This document shows positions 24,766-37,449 of a stretch of 64,000 nucleotides of DNA, in pieces. Source of the DNA: the human T2T-CHM13v2.0 reference genome, Homo sapiens. The stretch lies in assembly GCF_009914755.1 (NCBI RefSeq), contig NC_060927.1, one strand, 5' to 3'. Position 1 is the stretch's first letter; every line of letters starts with the position of its first letter. Below the pieces are notes generated by a model that ran no database searches, was not told the DNA's origin, and worked only from the letters and a program-made list of their open reading frames with translations. A program made the translations under genes and the position numbers.

Positions 24766-27700
24766 GTAAGTGGAATAATTAGTGGCCATCATTTGAAAGG
24801 GTCAAACTTAGTACAAATGAAAGTAGAATGAGCATCCCACTGTTTTTGAATCCACAATTTAAAGTCAGATTCACAGTTTAAAGAATGTCTCACCTCTGTC
24901 TGTTTGAAGTTGGTTTGATGACTGAGAACGTAAACTTGGCACATTATGACCAGCATGCCAAATACGCAGAAATCGCAACTGGACTGAGCAACATATTTGT
25001 GATGGATAAATGGGATACATTTCACTCTTCAGCCTTTCAGTATGAGTTCAACTAAATTCTCATGGGACAGTAAACTTCTCCAATAATGGATATTTCATTC
25101 TTTAGTTCCTCAGTGTATTCATATTAGTTTAAGAAAAACACATTTGTTATTGTTTTCATTATAATTCGTTACTAACAAATAAATAAAAAGTATATTGTAC
25201 ATTAAGAGCCTGAAAAATAATTAGAAGTGCCAACTGGAACACTCTACTTTTTAGTTGCCTTTTTTAAAGGTCTATTGTTTCAACATACCTTATATCTGGT
25301 CTACTGTATTTATTCCTTGTTTCCCATTCATTATAGATTTACTTTATTAGGTATGTTGCATGAGAATGAAGCTAAATTAAAAATTAGAAAAAAATTTACA
25401 TATCAACTTTTTATTGATTTTTTCCTTCTTAATAATGCAATATTTAACATAACACAGGATTCACCTTTGAGAAAGCTGATTCAGAAAACATATTTATTAG
25501 TATCAAATCAGTTTCTGAACGTACACTGACAAATTTAGAAAATTATTATACACATTGAAGCAATACAACTGTGTTTTCAAAAGTGATATTAAAAACTCTT
25601 CACTTTGTCACAGTGAAACTATCCAGCTGTTCTTTTCTTTTAAATTTACAGTTTAAATAATTTAAAGCAATTGTAATAATGTTGATTGGCCATAAGGCAT
25701 ATCTGGTTAAAGTTTTTCAGTAACTTCTAGACAAATGGCCAAAACTTGCAAAATTATTGTTCATTTTTTATTCAAATTAAATGAAAGATTGCCCTGAAAT
25801 ATTCCAACGTAATAAGTTGGAATAAAGTGGAAAGGGAAATAGATTTTTTCAAAGAACACTTGTATTTAAATTGATACTAAGAAATAATATCATTTCACCA
25901 GTTAACACTTTCATAATGCTGAGATATAAAAGAAGCTTGTTATCTATAAGCAGGCAGATGTTCCTGAATTAATTCATGTACATCACTGGGAATTTGGTCT
26001 TTAGGTAAAATAAAATTTATCATACTAGTTATAAGGCAGAGAAATATTAAAAAGAAATCCTATGTGATTTATTGGACTCAGAAGAGCTGGAATAGGTAGA
26101 AATAATTCTCTTAATTAAGCATTCTTGTTGATGAGTTATTTTGTTTTATCAAATGTGTCAATCTTTCTCAGTTTCAATAATATTTTAAAAAATTATATTT
26201 AAGTAAAAATATATGTATTTGGAATATAAATAAAATACGTTTAGGAAAATTAATATGTATTGAAAAAGTATCAGATGCTGTACTAGAACTACAGTTAGTC
26301 TATTCTATAAACTAATTCTAAATTGCTCAGCAGTATACTAGAATCAACATAATATGCCCTACCCAATATATTTATAATCTAGTTGAAGAGATGGTATAAG
26401 AAAATTGAAAAGAGATTACAATTGTGTATTTCAGTAACCTCAGTTTGCTATTAGTGTATACTAGTATACTCTATGATACCACTCAATATTTCTGTACTGT
26501 GCTACTCAGTGAAGGGTAAGACCTCTAAGTAAAAGGCCAATTAGTAAAATGTAAAAGTGCTAAGTCATGTCTTCAGGAGGAAATGAACTCTGCAGGATGG
26601 TTAGGTTTTGAATAAAGAGAAGCAAGAGCATCTCAGAGATAAGAGAACTACATAGGTCAGAGTGCAAGAATGTGGAAAAAACGAATATGAATGTAGAGTA
26701 AGGAAACTGATGTAAGTGCATGTACCTAGCTTGTTTCCTTAACCTAAGGCTTCTTTTAGGTATCAAATATGAAATTATCTGGGAAGAAATAATACATATG
26801 GATCCTAAGAATGGAGAAAGCAAATAAAGTCTTTTTTTCCACACAAAGAATTTCAGAAGTGAAAGGGCACAATTTTTTTTCACTTCATTTACTAAAATTT
26901 GTCAAGAAAGTGCCTTGAAATGTTTCCAAATTTTCTATAAGAATTCCTATCATTACTTTGAACAACCACTAATAATCTGAAATTCCTGTCGATTTTATTT
27001 TCTGAATGAATTCCCCAACTTTTAATGCTCCCATACCTATCCAGGGTCAGAATTAAAAGACAAAAATGTGATAACTAAAAACAGTGTCTTCTTTTTCCAT
27101 CTTCAAATCCATTTTTGTCCAACCAACTCTTTCCTTAGGCTGCTAAATTTAAAGATTTTTCTATATCCACATATTAATATTGGAAATAAAATAAAATATT
27201 CTCTTCTAATTTTATGTGGACATTTTTCTTCCTCTTATTGCATTATGTCCATTTATTTCTGGTTTCTTTTCCTAATTTTAAGGTATTAATTTATTTTTCT
27301 CAAAATTTAATTTTATGATGCTGAGAGATCATAAATATAGAGAAATAAAAAGTAGGAGAGTATGAAATGAAGGGGAAAAATTTAAAAATTTAACTATAGT
27401 TTTTTTCTCCTTGCTGTTCATTTTATTAAAAAGCCAGGATCATTTACTATAGCTGACCAGGCAAATCTTGAACACAATAATGAAAACTAGAGGAAGTTCA
27501 GAAATAGTTAATGATAAAACAAGAGAAAACCAAAAAGTTGTGAGAAAGATAAACAGAAATATTTAGTTAAAATCACATTTTATATTCTTCCAATGCCTAG
27601 GCTAAACATGTTGTATTAATTCTGTATTTTGTTCAGATACATAGCATTCTCTAAAATTGTACCAAACAAAACTGATGAAATATCCCTTATTAAAATATCT

Positions 27701-27884
27701 CATTTACCAAGATGCTTTATTTCTCTGCTACACAGAAGAAAAAAAATCCCTCAAATATCTAGAACTGAAACAAATAAAAGAGATTTCCTGGTCAAACTTG
27801 AATTACAGATTTAAAAAATGAAGCATAGAATATTTATAACTTTTCCAAGAAAGCTCAGGTAAAAAAAAAAAGAAATAACCTTAA

Positions 27885-27992
27885 ACTATATCCTGCATAT
27901 CTATATCTAATCTATATCTCTATATATCTAATTTATATCTAGATCTATATCCATATGTCTAGATCTATCTATCTATCATATATCTAATCTAT
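27885..27992. repeat. Low-complexity TATC/TA repeat
   Basis: atatctatatctaatctatatctctatatatct... Confidence 0.75.
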
Positions 27993-28084
27993 TTCTCCAT
28001 TCTTGTGCTCTTTATAACATACAAATTTACCTCATACAAAGCAATGTAATTAAATTACATAAACATTAATATCACACACACAAT

Positions 28085-28205
28085 AAAGAAGAAAAAGGAG
28101 GAGGAGGAGGAAGAAGAGAAGTAGGGGAAGGGAAGAAAAAAGAGAAATAAGAAAGTATTTAAAAAGAAGTGAAAAGTGAAAGAAATGAAGGGAAGAAAGT
28201 GATAA
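28085..28205. repeat. Polypurine GA-rich tract
   Basis: aaagaagaaaaaggaggaggaggaggaagaagagaag... Confidence 0.8.
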
Positions 28206-28316
28206 GGACTTTTTTAAGTGCTCAAAGAACATGTGGGAGATAGTCTATTATATTTGCATAGTGTAAGGAGCTTTAAGAAATCTACTGCCCACTGAAAATT
28301 TTTAAAATAAGATGGC

Positions 28317-28625
28317 ATTGAGGGCCAATTCTTCATTGTATTTCTACATATCTTGTGACCACTTTTGCCTCAGAATACCTTTCTGAGGATGTCTACACGG
28401 TATTTATCAGGTTTGTTCTGTATAACTTTCATGGGTCCTGGGCAGGGTCAGAGTTGGGAGGAAGAAACTAATGCAAACCTTAACATGCATTGGTTCCTTT
28501 GCAGTGAAATAAAAAATAAAGTCCTTTGTCTCTGACTCAGACATTTTATGTTCTCTGCCAGCATCAATGGCACTGTAGCAGGATTACTTGTTAGCTTACA
28601 AGTACCACAGAACTTTCTCAATTTC
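28317..28625 (+). mobile_element. Degraded ERVL-type LTR (MER76-like)
   Basis: aataaagtcctttgtctctgactcag...ctgccagcatcaatg...acttgttagcttacaagta. Confidence 0.55.
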
Positions 28626-30846
28626 TAACTGAGGGCTACCTCTCTTTAGGGGAAGTGTCTATCAGGGTCTTATGAAGACGCAGGGTATGTAATATACCCC
28701 TGTATATTAAATAAGTTATCATTGTCTTTATAGTGAATGAAATTGTAATCAGTTTAATCTATTCTATAGTACCATGTGGCTAAATAGCTTTATTACTTTT
28801 TCTGATGTGTGATGTGATAGACAGTGATTTCTTGCTAAAAATATGGCATATCTGTAATGAGCACATTGTGATCTTTGCCGGGATAATGGTCAAGCTTGAT
28901 TTTTCATGTTTCTGGGGTTGGGGGCACAGCTTCAGCTTCCAAGCCTGTCAGTCTGTGCCCATTCATTAGCACCAAAATTGTTCTAGGATCTAGAATCCAG
29001 TCGAGAGTAATTGGTAGCTGGCTTGATTGAACCTGCTATCATGCCTGTACCTGCTTTTTACAGCAAAGCATCAGATGTTAGAATATTATTTGTCAAGCAC
29101 ACAGTGAGATAAAGAATCTGGAGATGCTATTTTTCCATGTCACAAAAATTAGAAAAGATATTCTGGAAAGATAATATAGTGTACAGCTGGGTCAATCTTG
29201 CAGGCCAAAATGGAATGTCAAAGTGTCAGTTGTGATAATTATAAGATACATTGTGATTAAATGGACTTCCATCTGGAGCACTGGCAGAAGAATTATGCCT
29301 TGAGAAATTATGCCTTGAGAGATATAACTCAAAGGGCTAATGGCAGTTGGTAGTGAGTAACTCCTGAACACATCCAATTGACTACACAGCAGAATTCAGA
29401 TTGACAGTCACTGACCAAGTTTGGCACTCTGCTGAGATATGGCTATGATAGGCATCAATTAATTCATTGTTAAAAACAAAAGGTCCCTCCAGGCAATGTT
29501 AATAACTAAGAGTATACAACTTAGAATATGCATTTTTATTTGTTATTTAACTTATTCCTAAACAAATTGTCTTTTTACTCTCTCAATTAGAACATCACTG
29601 TTTTTTCAAAAAACAGGAATTACATGTATCTAAATGAACTCAAGCAATTGAAGCAGTTTTGCTATAAGATATTCATATTTCTTGTATGAAAATGACATTG
29701 ACGTGATCTTCAGGTATTCTTGTTTCCTCTAACAACTGAATATACATCTTAATAAAAATATGTAACTAGAGCTTATGGCAATTCTCAAAAATTTTAAAAT
29801 ATCACTTTGGTCAGTCAATAATATGTGCTAGGTGCATTCCAGTTCCAAAATATTATTGAAGGTGATACAAACAAAATAAATTGTATAAATGCTGAGGTTA
29901 AAATGCTTACAGACTAGTTGGGAATACATAGCATATGTCTTTGAAAAAAAGGAATTAAATGTATATAGGGAATGATATATTCAGGAGTATAAATGATTTC
30001 ATATTATAATGTTCAATATATACTGAATATTGTCTGCAAAGTTAATTGAGAAGGATATAAAGAGTGAAATGATAAAATATAAACCTTAAGTCCATATGAA
30101 TAGTCATGACTTTCTTCTCTGAACACTACTATCAGGTATAGTTTTCTCCACTGGAAGACTTAATTTAGATACAATTTTAATTTGAAAAGATATTGTATCA
30201 AATGACAGCTAGCGCATAGATTTTTACAAGCCATTGGATCAACATGACTGTGACTCATTACAAAAGCAAATGCTTATTTATCTACATTAATCTCTACTCT
30301 TCTAATTAAAAAAATATGTTAGAGGAAGTCAATATGCTCTGGGCCATGTGAGTCACCAAGAAAGGTATTAATTATTGATATAATTTACGGCATTTCTTAT
30401 TTCTAGCACTGGATATACATTTTACCCAAATCTACCCATTTCACACAGCTTATACAACATCTTGCTAAGATTCAAATATAAACTGCAACCCACAACATCA
30501 TTGTAAGAATTTAAAATCTCATGTTAATAAGATAAATGTCCATGACTAATTTTCTTTCTAGGTGTTCATATTTTCTTTGACTTGCATCCCTTTTTCAACT
30601 AAATGAGAGATTAGGGCTTGATTTTTACTGAATTGTGATGTCTTTTTTTCTTTTTTCCTCTTTCTTTTGAATATTATTCATTTGAAGAATGTGGAATCTC
30701 CACTGAAAAATGAAAATTACATAAAATTCATCAAGAGATTTGTATATTATTTCATACATTTAAAGTATTCTATTTTTTCACTACTTACATTAGGTATATC
30801 CTGTTTTCTCAGCAAATATATCTATTTCTCAGGCAATGTATTTCTA

Positions 30847-31143
30847 TTTTTTTTTTTTTTGAGACAGGTTTGTGCTCTGTTGCCCCAGCCTGTAGTACAG
30901 TGGCATAATCTCGGCTCACTTCAACCTCCACCTCCCAAGGTCAAGCAATTCTCCTGCCTCAGCCCTGTGAGTAGCTGGGACTACAGGCATGGGACACTAT
31001 GCCTGGCAAATTTTTGTATTTTTAGTAGAGACGGGGTTTCACCATTTTGACTAGGCTGGTCTCGAACTCCTGACCTCGAGTGATCCGCCCATCTCCGTCT
31101 CCCAAAATTCTGGGATTACAGGCATGAGCCACTGCACCCAGCC
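30847..31143 (-). mobile_element. Alu (AluS/J, full length)
   Basis: Poly(T) then gagacagg...gagccactgcacccagcc. Confidence 0.93.
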
Positions 31144-32189
31144 CATTTTTGTATTCTTTAGTTTACATTCTCACCTTGTTATTTTGAACTTAGCTCTGTT
31201 TTATTTGCTGATTTTCTAAAGCTTGTAAGAAATGAAATGCTGGCAATATGGAAATGAGGCCTGGCAGAGGGTTGTTGAGATCTCCTGCTACTCAAAGAGA
31301 TATAAAATAGATAAGACCATGAAACAAAATGTCCTTCTGGGTATTGGCAATTGTAATGCAACTTCTATTGCAGTTAAAACAGTTTAGCTTCCAAGTACAA
31401 AGACTATTTTTTGGTTCACACAGCTGTTCCAACAGATTGTCTTCTTGAGCGAAGTACAGGAAGAGATAAGAAGTGGGTATTTGTAAGTGAAATCTGAATT
31501 TAATTATTTCTTAATTAAGAGAATGTTGTTCAATGATACCAAAGCACAATGCAAGAAAATAGAATCAAATGGCTAAAGAGATTTTCTTTAAAGCAATACA
31601 ACATTAAACCAAATGTTGAAAGTACATCCAGTGAAGATAAAGAGCAATGAAAGATTTGAGAAAAGACCTGACAGAAGATAAGTTATATCAGGTGCAAAAC
31701 TCATCATTTTGTTTTATTACTTTTCTGACATTAATTATAAAAGACAGGTGACCTGCCAGCCGAGAACGGTGTATTCATAGAAACTGTGAGAAAGTTTTAG
31801 ATCCTGTAGCAACTCCATTGGGAACAAAGCCCAAGATTTCAAATTGATTTTACCAAGACTATCATAAATAATGATGTCAGCACTAATCAGCTATTCAAAA
31901 CATTTAACAAAAAATTGCCAATTAATCCTTGTACTGTTGATAAATAATGCTTTCATTTACCAAGGCACAGAGAGAAACAACTTAAGTATTACTAAATTCT
32001 CTAAAGTTTCTAAATGTTAAGCAATAATAAAACCTCCCCTTTCCATTCTCACTTCTATCTTCATACATCCAAAACACACATACAGTTGGACTTCAATAAC
32101 TGTAGTCCCACAATAAATAATTTGTGAAAAGATTTCATTTTCATCACAATAGAATTACTTCATAACATTGAGTATAGGCACAGCTAACA

Positions 32190-32475
32190 ACGCCTATAGC
32201 ATATAATCTTGCAGTTTTCTTCTTGTTAGCCCGTCCCACCCCACTCTATCCCACTTTCTGGTCTGCAAAGTCCAAATTAGATTTCTTCTCAGACAACATT
32301 TTAGCACCCTGATCATTATCTCCCTATAATATAAACAATTTTGCAGTTTTGTTTTTATATGTATTATTTCATAATTACCCATCTACTCTATTAGCAAAAT
32401 CCATGTAAGAAAAGATCATGTTTATTTTGTTCAGCACATAGTAGGTGTTCAATAAATGTTTATTAAATGAATGGT
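32190..32475 (+). mobile_element. L2 3' end
   Basis: cagcacatagtaggtgttcaataaatgtttattaaatgaatg. Confidence 0.7.
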
Positions 32476-33645
32476 TTATCTAGAGAGATATGCAGTTATT
32501 ACTCTTTATACAAGGTGAGAGTGTCAGAAACTCAAATTGTGTTCTAAAACTGAAAATGTACTTTAAAAATGTTTACACTCTAAAAAACATTTAAGTAAAT
32601 AAACATATACATGTACATATTCAGCATCAGTGTTGATTTAAACAATATGAGTAGAAAATAGCAAAATTATTTTAAAATATTTTTAAAGACTTTCTCCCTC
32701 CCCCAATTCTAATCCATATCATTTGAACTCAACTAAACACATTATTTTACTCCTTGCTTCTCAGCTATGGAAAAAATGTGTTAAATTTTGAAAAGGAACA
32801 TAAGAGGTAACAGAGAAGTGACAATGAGTACCATTTATTGAAAACTTATTAAATGCCATTAAATCCTTAAAATGGCAAATATATAAAGCAGATATTATTA
32901 GTATGCCTATTTTACATATAATTAGTATGCCTATTTTAAATATTAACAGACTTACATAGCTAGTCAGTTATAAAGATATCTGTCTTCACGAGGTAGTGTA
33001 TCTTAGCAAAACAGTGTCTGAAGACCTCTTTTAAATTATTACTGCAAATCATCTTGGTAGGATCAATAGTCCTGTACCCACAGCAGATGGTCAACAGATA
33101 CAAGAATTGGCAGCTTTAGGTCAGAGCAGTTAGAAAAGAAATGATGCTAAATATTGGCCAGGATGCAAGCAGCAAGTTATTTTAGCTCCTGTTTACAGTA
33201 CCCATGATAATAGGACAAATCTTAAATAAGATTTATGCAGAGAGGTCAGTGGTTCTGTGGACATGTCATCAAGATGAACGTTCCATAAATACCTGTCCCA
33301 AAAAGTCACCAAAAGACATAAACAGCTACACTGGAAGGGATCACAGTTATGGTCTTCTAGCACTTAAATCTGATTTTCTGAAGGCAGAACTACATACTTT
33401 GGTATATAAATAATGTCTCACAGTCTTCACTTCTCATTGAGGACAAACGTTCCATATTAGTAGCAATGTATGTATCACAAGCAGTACTCCCAACACTTCC
33501 ATCCACTAGCAGGAAATTTCAGCTTTTCTCAGTATTTATCTTTATAAATACCATGCCCCACTTAAGATGCCTACATGTATAAGTCAAATATTCCATAGAC
33601 CCCATGAATTGTTGAGTCCTACACTTGGCCAGACTGGAAGTGTTG

Positions 33646-33647
<2 letters not shown>

Positions 33648-33681
<34 letters not shown>
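33648..33681. repeat. (GT)n microsatellite
   Basis: Uninterrupted GT run of about 17 units. Confidence 0.95.
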
Positions 33682-33683
<2 letters not shown>

Positions 33684-33780
33684 TGGTTTTGGTTGTGGGG
33701 ATGAAGTCTAAATTTTACAAAAAGTTTGTCTGATTAATCTCTTGACCATGTAACCTATGAACTTTGGAAAGGTCTTCACC

Positions 33781-34008
33781 AAAATTCTCTGCTCTTGACC
33801 CTGTCTAGTTGTTACACTGCCATCCCTAACCCCTTCAGGAAGCATTTCAGAAAGCCTAGTAACAGAGTTCTTTCTTTTTTTCTTGTTTTCCTTCAAAATT
33901 CTCTACTCTTGACCCTGTCTAGTTGTCACACTACCATCCTTAACCCCTTCAGGAAGCATTTCGGAAAGGCTAGTAACAGAGTTATTCATTTTTTCCTTGT
34001 TTTCCTTC
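33781..34008. repeat. 114-bp tandem duplication, about 91% identical
   Basis: aaaattctct(g/a)ctcttgaccctgtctagttg...ttgttttccttc starts at 33781 and 33895; about 10 mismatches by manual alignment. Confidence 0.95.
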
Positions 34009-34744
34009 ACCACTCATTGTTGGGGAAAAGAGAACCTCTGAACTTAATATTACAGTAAGCAAGTTTCCCCAGATCACAACGTAATGATGGTTAATAGCAA
34101 ATGCTCACCTATTAGAAAGTGACCAAGTGAATATACACTGGTATAATAAACTATATGTATATATATTCACCATATATATGTAACTTTGAAAATAGTTCAA
34201 AGAAGAATAAAATACAAATGAAATATTGACATACTTATGCCATAAACTATTGAGAAAGTTTCTGGCTCTTTAAGTTGTTTGAAACACAAAGAACAACCGA
34301 GAGAGGTCCTTTCTATAGAAGCACATGGTATAAAATGCTAAAATGGCTGAGAGAAACACAACAACAACTTTTTCTTTATTTTGAATATTGTTTGAGCCAT
34401 TTCACAACATGATTTTTACATTAAAATGTTAAAACAGATGGATACTGGAGGATATTGAGACTTGGAGTCTTCCTACAAAGGTAAAGACCAAACACCTTCT
34501 CCTGATAAATAAAAACAAAAAATTAAATTGTCTGATTTTATTTGGCACTTCTCCATTTCACATAAACTATATTCAGCCAAAAATACAGTGTTTGTTCTTC
34601 TTAGGTAATAGTAGAGGATCCAGAAGAAAAAGGAAAGATGCTATAATTTTCATAGATAAAGGAAACATAAATGTATTAAGTATAAATTAACTAGTAATTA
34701 TTCCCTAGCATAATTCTAGAATTGTTTATTAAATGAAAAATATG

Positions 34745-37385
34745 GCCCTCTCCCGTCTCCCTCTCCCTCTCCCGTCTCCCTCTCCCTCTCCCGTCTCCCT
34801 CTCCCTCTCCCGTCTCCCTCTCCCTCTCCCGTCTCCCTCTCCCTCTCCCGTCTCCCTCTCCCTCTCATGCCGAGCCAAAGCTGGACGGTACTGCTGCCAT
34901 CTCGGCTCACTGCAACCTCCCTGCCTGATTCTCCTGCCTCAGCCTGCCGAGTGCCTGCGATTGCAGGCGCGCGCCGCCACGCCTGACTGGTTTTCGTTTT
35001 TTTTTGGTGGAGATGGGGTTTCGCTGTGTTGGCCGGGCTGGTCTCCAGCTCCTAACCGCGAGTGATCCGCCAGCCTCGGCCTCCCGAGGTGCCGGGATTG
35101 CAGATGGAGTCTCGTTCACTCAGTGCTCAATGGTGCCCAGGCTGGAGTGCAGTGGCGTGATCTCGGCTCGCTACAACCACCTCCCAGCCGCCTGCCTTGG
35201 CCTCCCAAAGAGCCGAGATTGCAGCCTCTGCCCGGCCGCCACCCCATCTGGGAAGTGAGGAGCGTCTCTGCTTGGCCACCCATCGTCTGGGATATGAGGA
35301 GCCCCTCTGCCTGGCTGCCCAGTGTGGAAAGTGAGGAGCGTCTCTGCCCGGCCGCCATCCCATCTAGGAAGCGAGAAGCGCCTCTTCCCCGCCGCCATCC
35401 CATCTAGGAAGTGAGGAGCGTCTCTGCCCGGCCGCCCATCGTCTGAGATGTGGGGAGCACCTCTGCCCCACCGCCCTGTCTGGGATGTGAGGAGCGCCTC
35501 TGCTGGGCCGCAACCCTGTCTGGGAGGTGAGGAGTGTCTCTGCCCGGCCGCTCCGTCTGAGAAGTGAGGAAACCCTCTGCCTGGCAACCGCCCCGTCTGA
35601 GAAGTGAGGAGCCCCTCCGTCTGGCAACCACCCCGTCTGGGAAGTGAGGAGCGTCTCCGCCCGGCAGCCACCCCGTCCGGGAGGGAGGTGGGGGGGGTCA
35701 GCCCCCCGCCCGGCCAGCCGCCCCGTCCGGGAGGTGAGGGGCTCCTCTGCCCGGCGGCCCCTACTGGGAAGTGAGGAGCCCCTCTGCCCGGCCAGCCGCC
35801 CCGTCCGGGAGGGAGGCGGGGGGGGGGGGTCGGCCAGCCGCCCCGGCCGGGAGGTGAGGGGCTCCTCTGCCCGGCCGCCCCTACTGGGAAGTGAGGAGCC
35901 CCTCTGCCCGGCCAGTCGCCCCGTCCAGGAGGGAGGTGGGGGGGTCAACCCCCCGCCCGGCCAGCCGCCCAGTCCGGGAGGGAGGTGGGGGGTCAGCCCC
36001 CCGCCTGGCCAGCCGCCCCGTCCGGGAGGTGAGGGGCGCCTCTGCCCGGCCGCCCCTACTGGGAAGTGAGGAGCCCCTCTGCCCGGCCAGCCGCCCCGCC
36101 CAGGAGGGAGGTGGGGGGGTCAGCCCCCCGCCTGGCCAGCCGCCCCATCCGGGAGGGAGGTGGGGGGGTCAGCCCCCCGCCCGGCCAGCCGCCCCGTCCG
36201 GGAGGGGGGAGGGGGGGTCAGCCCCCTGCCCGGCCAGCCGCCCCGTCCGGGAGGGAGGTGGGGGGGGTCAGCCCCCCGCCCGGCCAGCCGCCCCGTCCGG
36301 GAGGGAGGTGGGGGGATCAGCCCCCTGCCTGGCCAGCCGCCCCGTCCGGGAGGTGAGGGGCGCCTCTGCCCGGCCGCCCCTACTGGGAAGTGAGGACCCC
36401 TCTGCCCGGCCAGCCGCCCCGTCCGGGAGGGAGGTGGGGGGGGTCAGCCCCCCGCCCGGCCAGCCGCCCCGTCCGGGAGGGAGGTGGGGGGATCAGCCCC
36501 CTGCCTGGCCAGCCGCCCCGTCCGGGAGGTGAGGGGCGCCTCTGCCCGGCCGCCCCTACTGGGAAGTGAGGACCCCTCTGCCCGGCCAGCCGCCCCGTCC
36601 GGGAGGGAGGTGGGGGGAACAGCCCCCCGCCCGGCCAGCCGCCCTATCCAGGAGGTGAGGGGCGCCTCTGCCCGGCCGCCCCTACTGGGAAGTGAGGAGC
36701 CCCTCTGCCTGGCCAGCCGCCCCGTCCGGGAGGGCGGTGGGGGGGTCAGCCCCCCTCCCGGCCAGCCGCCCCATCTGGGAGGTGAGGGGCACTTCTGCCG
36801 GGCCGCCCCTACTGGGAAGTGAGGAGCCCCTCTGCCCGGCCACGACCCCGTCTGGGAGGTGTGCCCAGCGGCTCATTGGGGATGGGCCATGATGACAATG
36901 GCGGTTTTGTGGAATAGAAAGGCGGGAAGGGTGGGGAAAAAATTGAGAAATCGGATGGTTGCCGGGTCTGTGTGGATAGAAGTAGACATGGGAGACTTTT
37001 CATTTTGTTCTGTACTAAGAAAAATTCTTCTGCCTTGGGATCCTGTTGATCTGTGACCTTATCCCCAACCCTGTGCTCTCTGAAACATGTGCTGTGTCCA
37101 CTCAGGGTTAAATGGATTAAGGGCGGTGCAAGATGTGCTTTGTTAAACAGATGCTTGAAGGCAGCATGCTCGTTAAGAGTCATCACCACTCCCTAATCTT
37201 AAGTACCCAGGGACACAAACACTGCGGAAGGCCGCAGGGTCCTCTGCCTAGGAAAACCAGAGACCTTTGTTCACTTGTTTATCTGCTGACCTTCCCTCCA
37301 CTATTGTCCTATGACCCTGCCAAATCCCCCTCTGCGAGAAACACCCAAGAATGATCAATAAAAATAAAAAATAAAAAATAAAAAA

Positions 37386-37413
<28 letters not shown>
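34745..37413 (+). mobile_element. Full-length SVA retrotransposon (young, SVA_E-like)
   Basis: CCCTCT-type head 34746-34866, antisense Alu-like domain to about 35222, GC-rich VNTR about 35223-36858, SINE-R about 36859-37356, AATAAA and A-rich tail to 37413; TSD gaaaaatatg at 34735-34744 and 37414-37423. Confidence 0.97.
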
Positions 37414-37416
<3 letters not shown>

Positions 37417-37449
37417 AAATATGATAATTGGATGAAATAGACAAACTAG

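Noticed and set aside
30667-31050. 127-aa ORF and similar ORFs at 825, 10852, 41699, 46350, 46918, 50243
   Set aside because: Typical Alu-derived pseudo-peptides ([14 protein letters not shown]).
34716-37354. Many overlapping Pro/Arg/Gly-rich ORFs up to 213 aa
   Set aside because: All lie inside the SVA; GC-rich VNTRs lack stop codons and SVA is non-coding.
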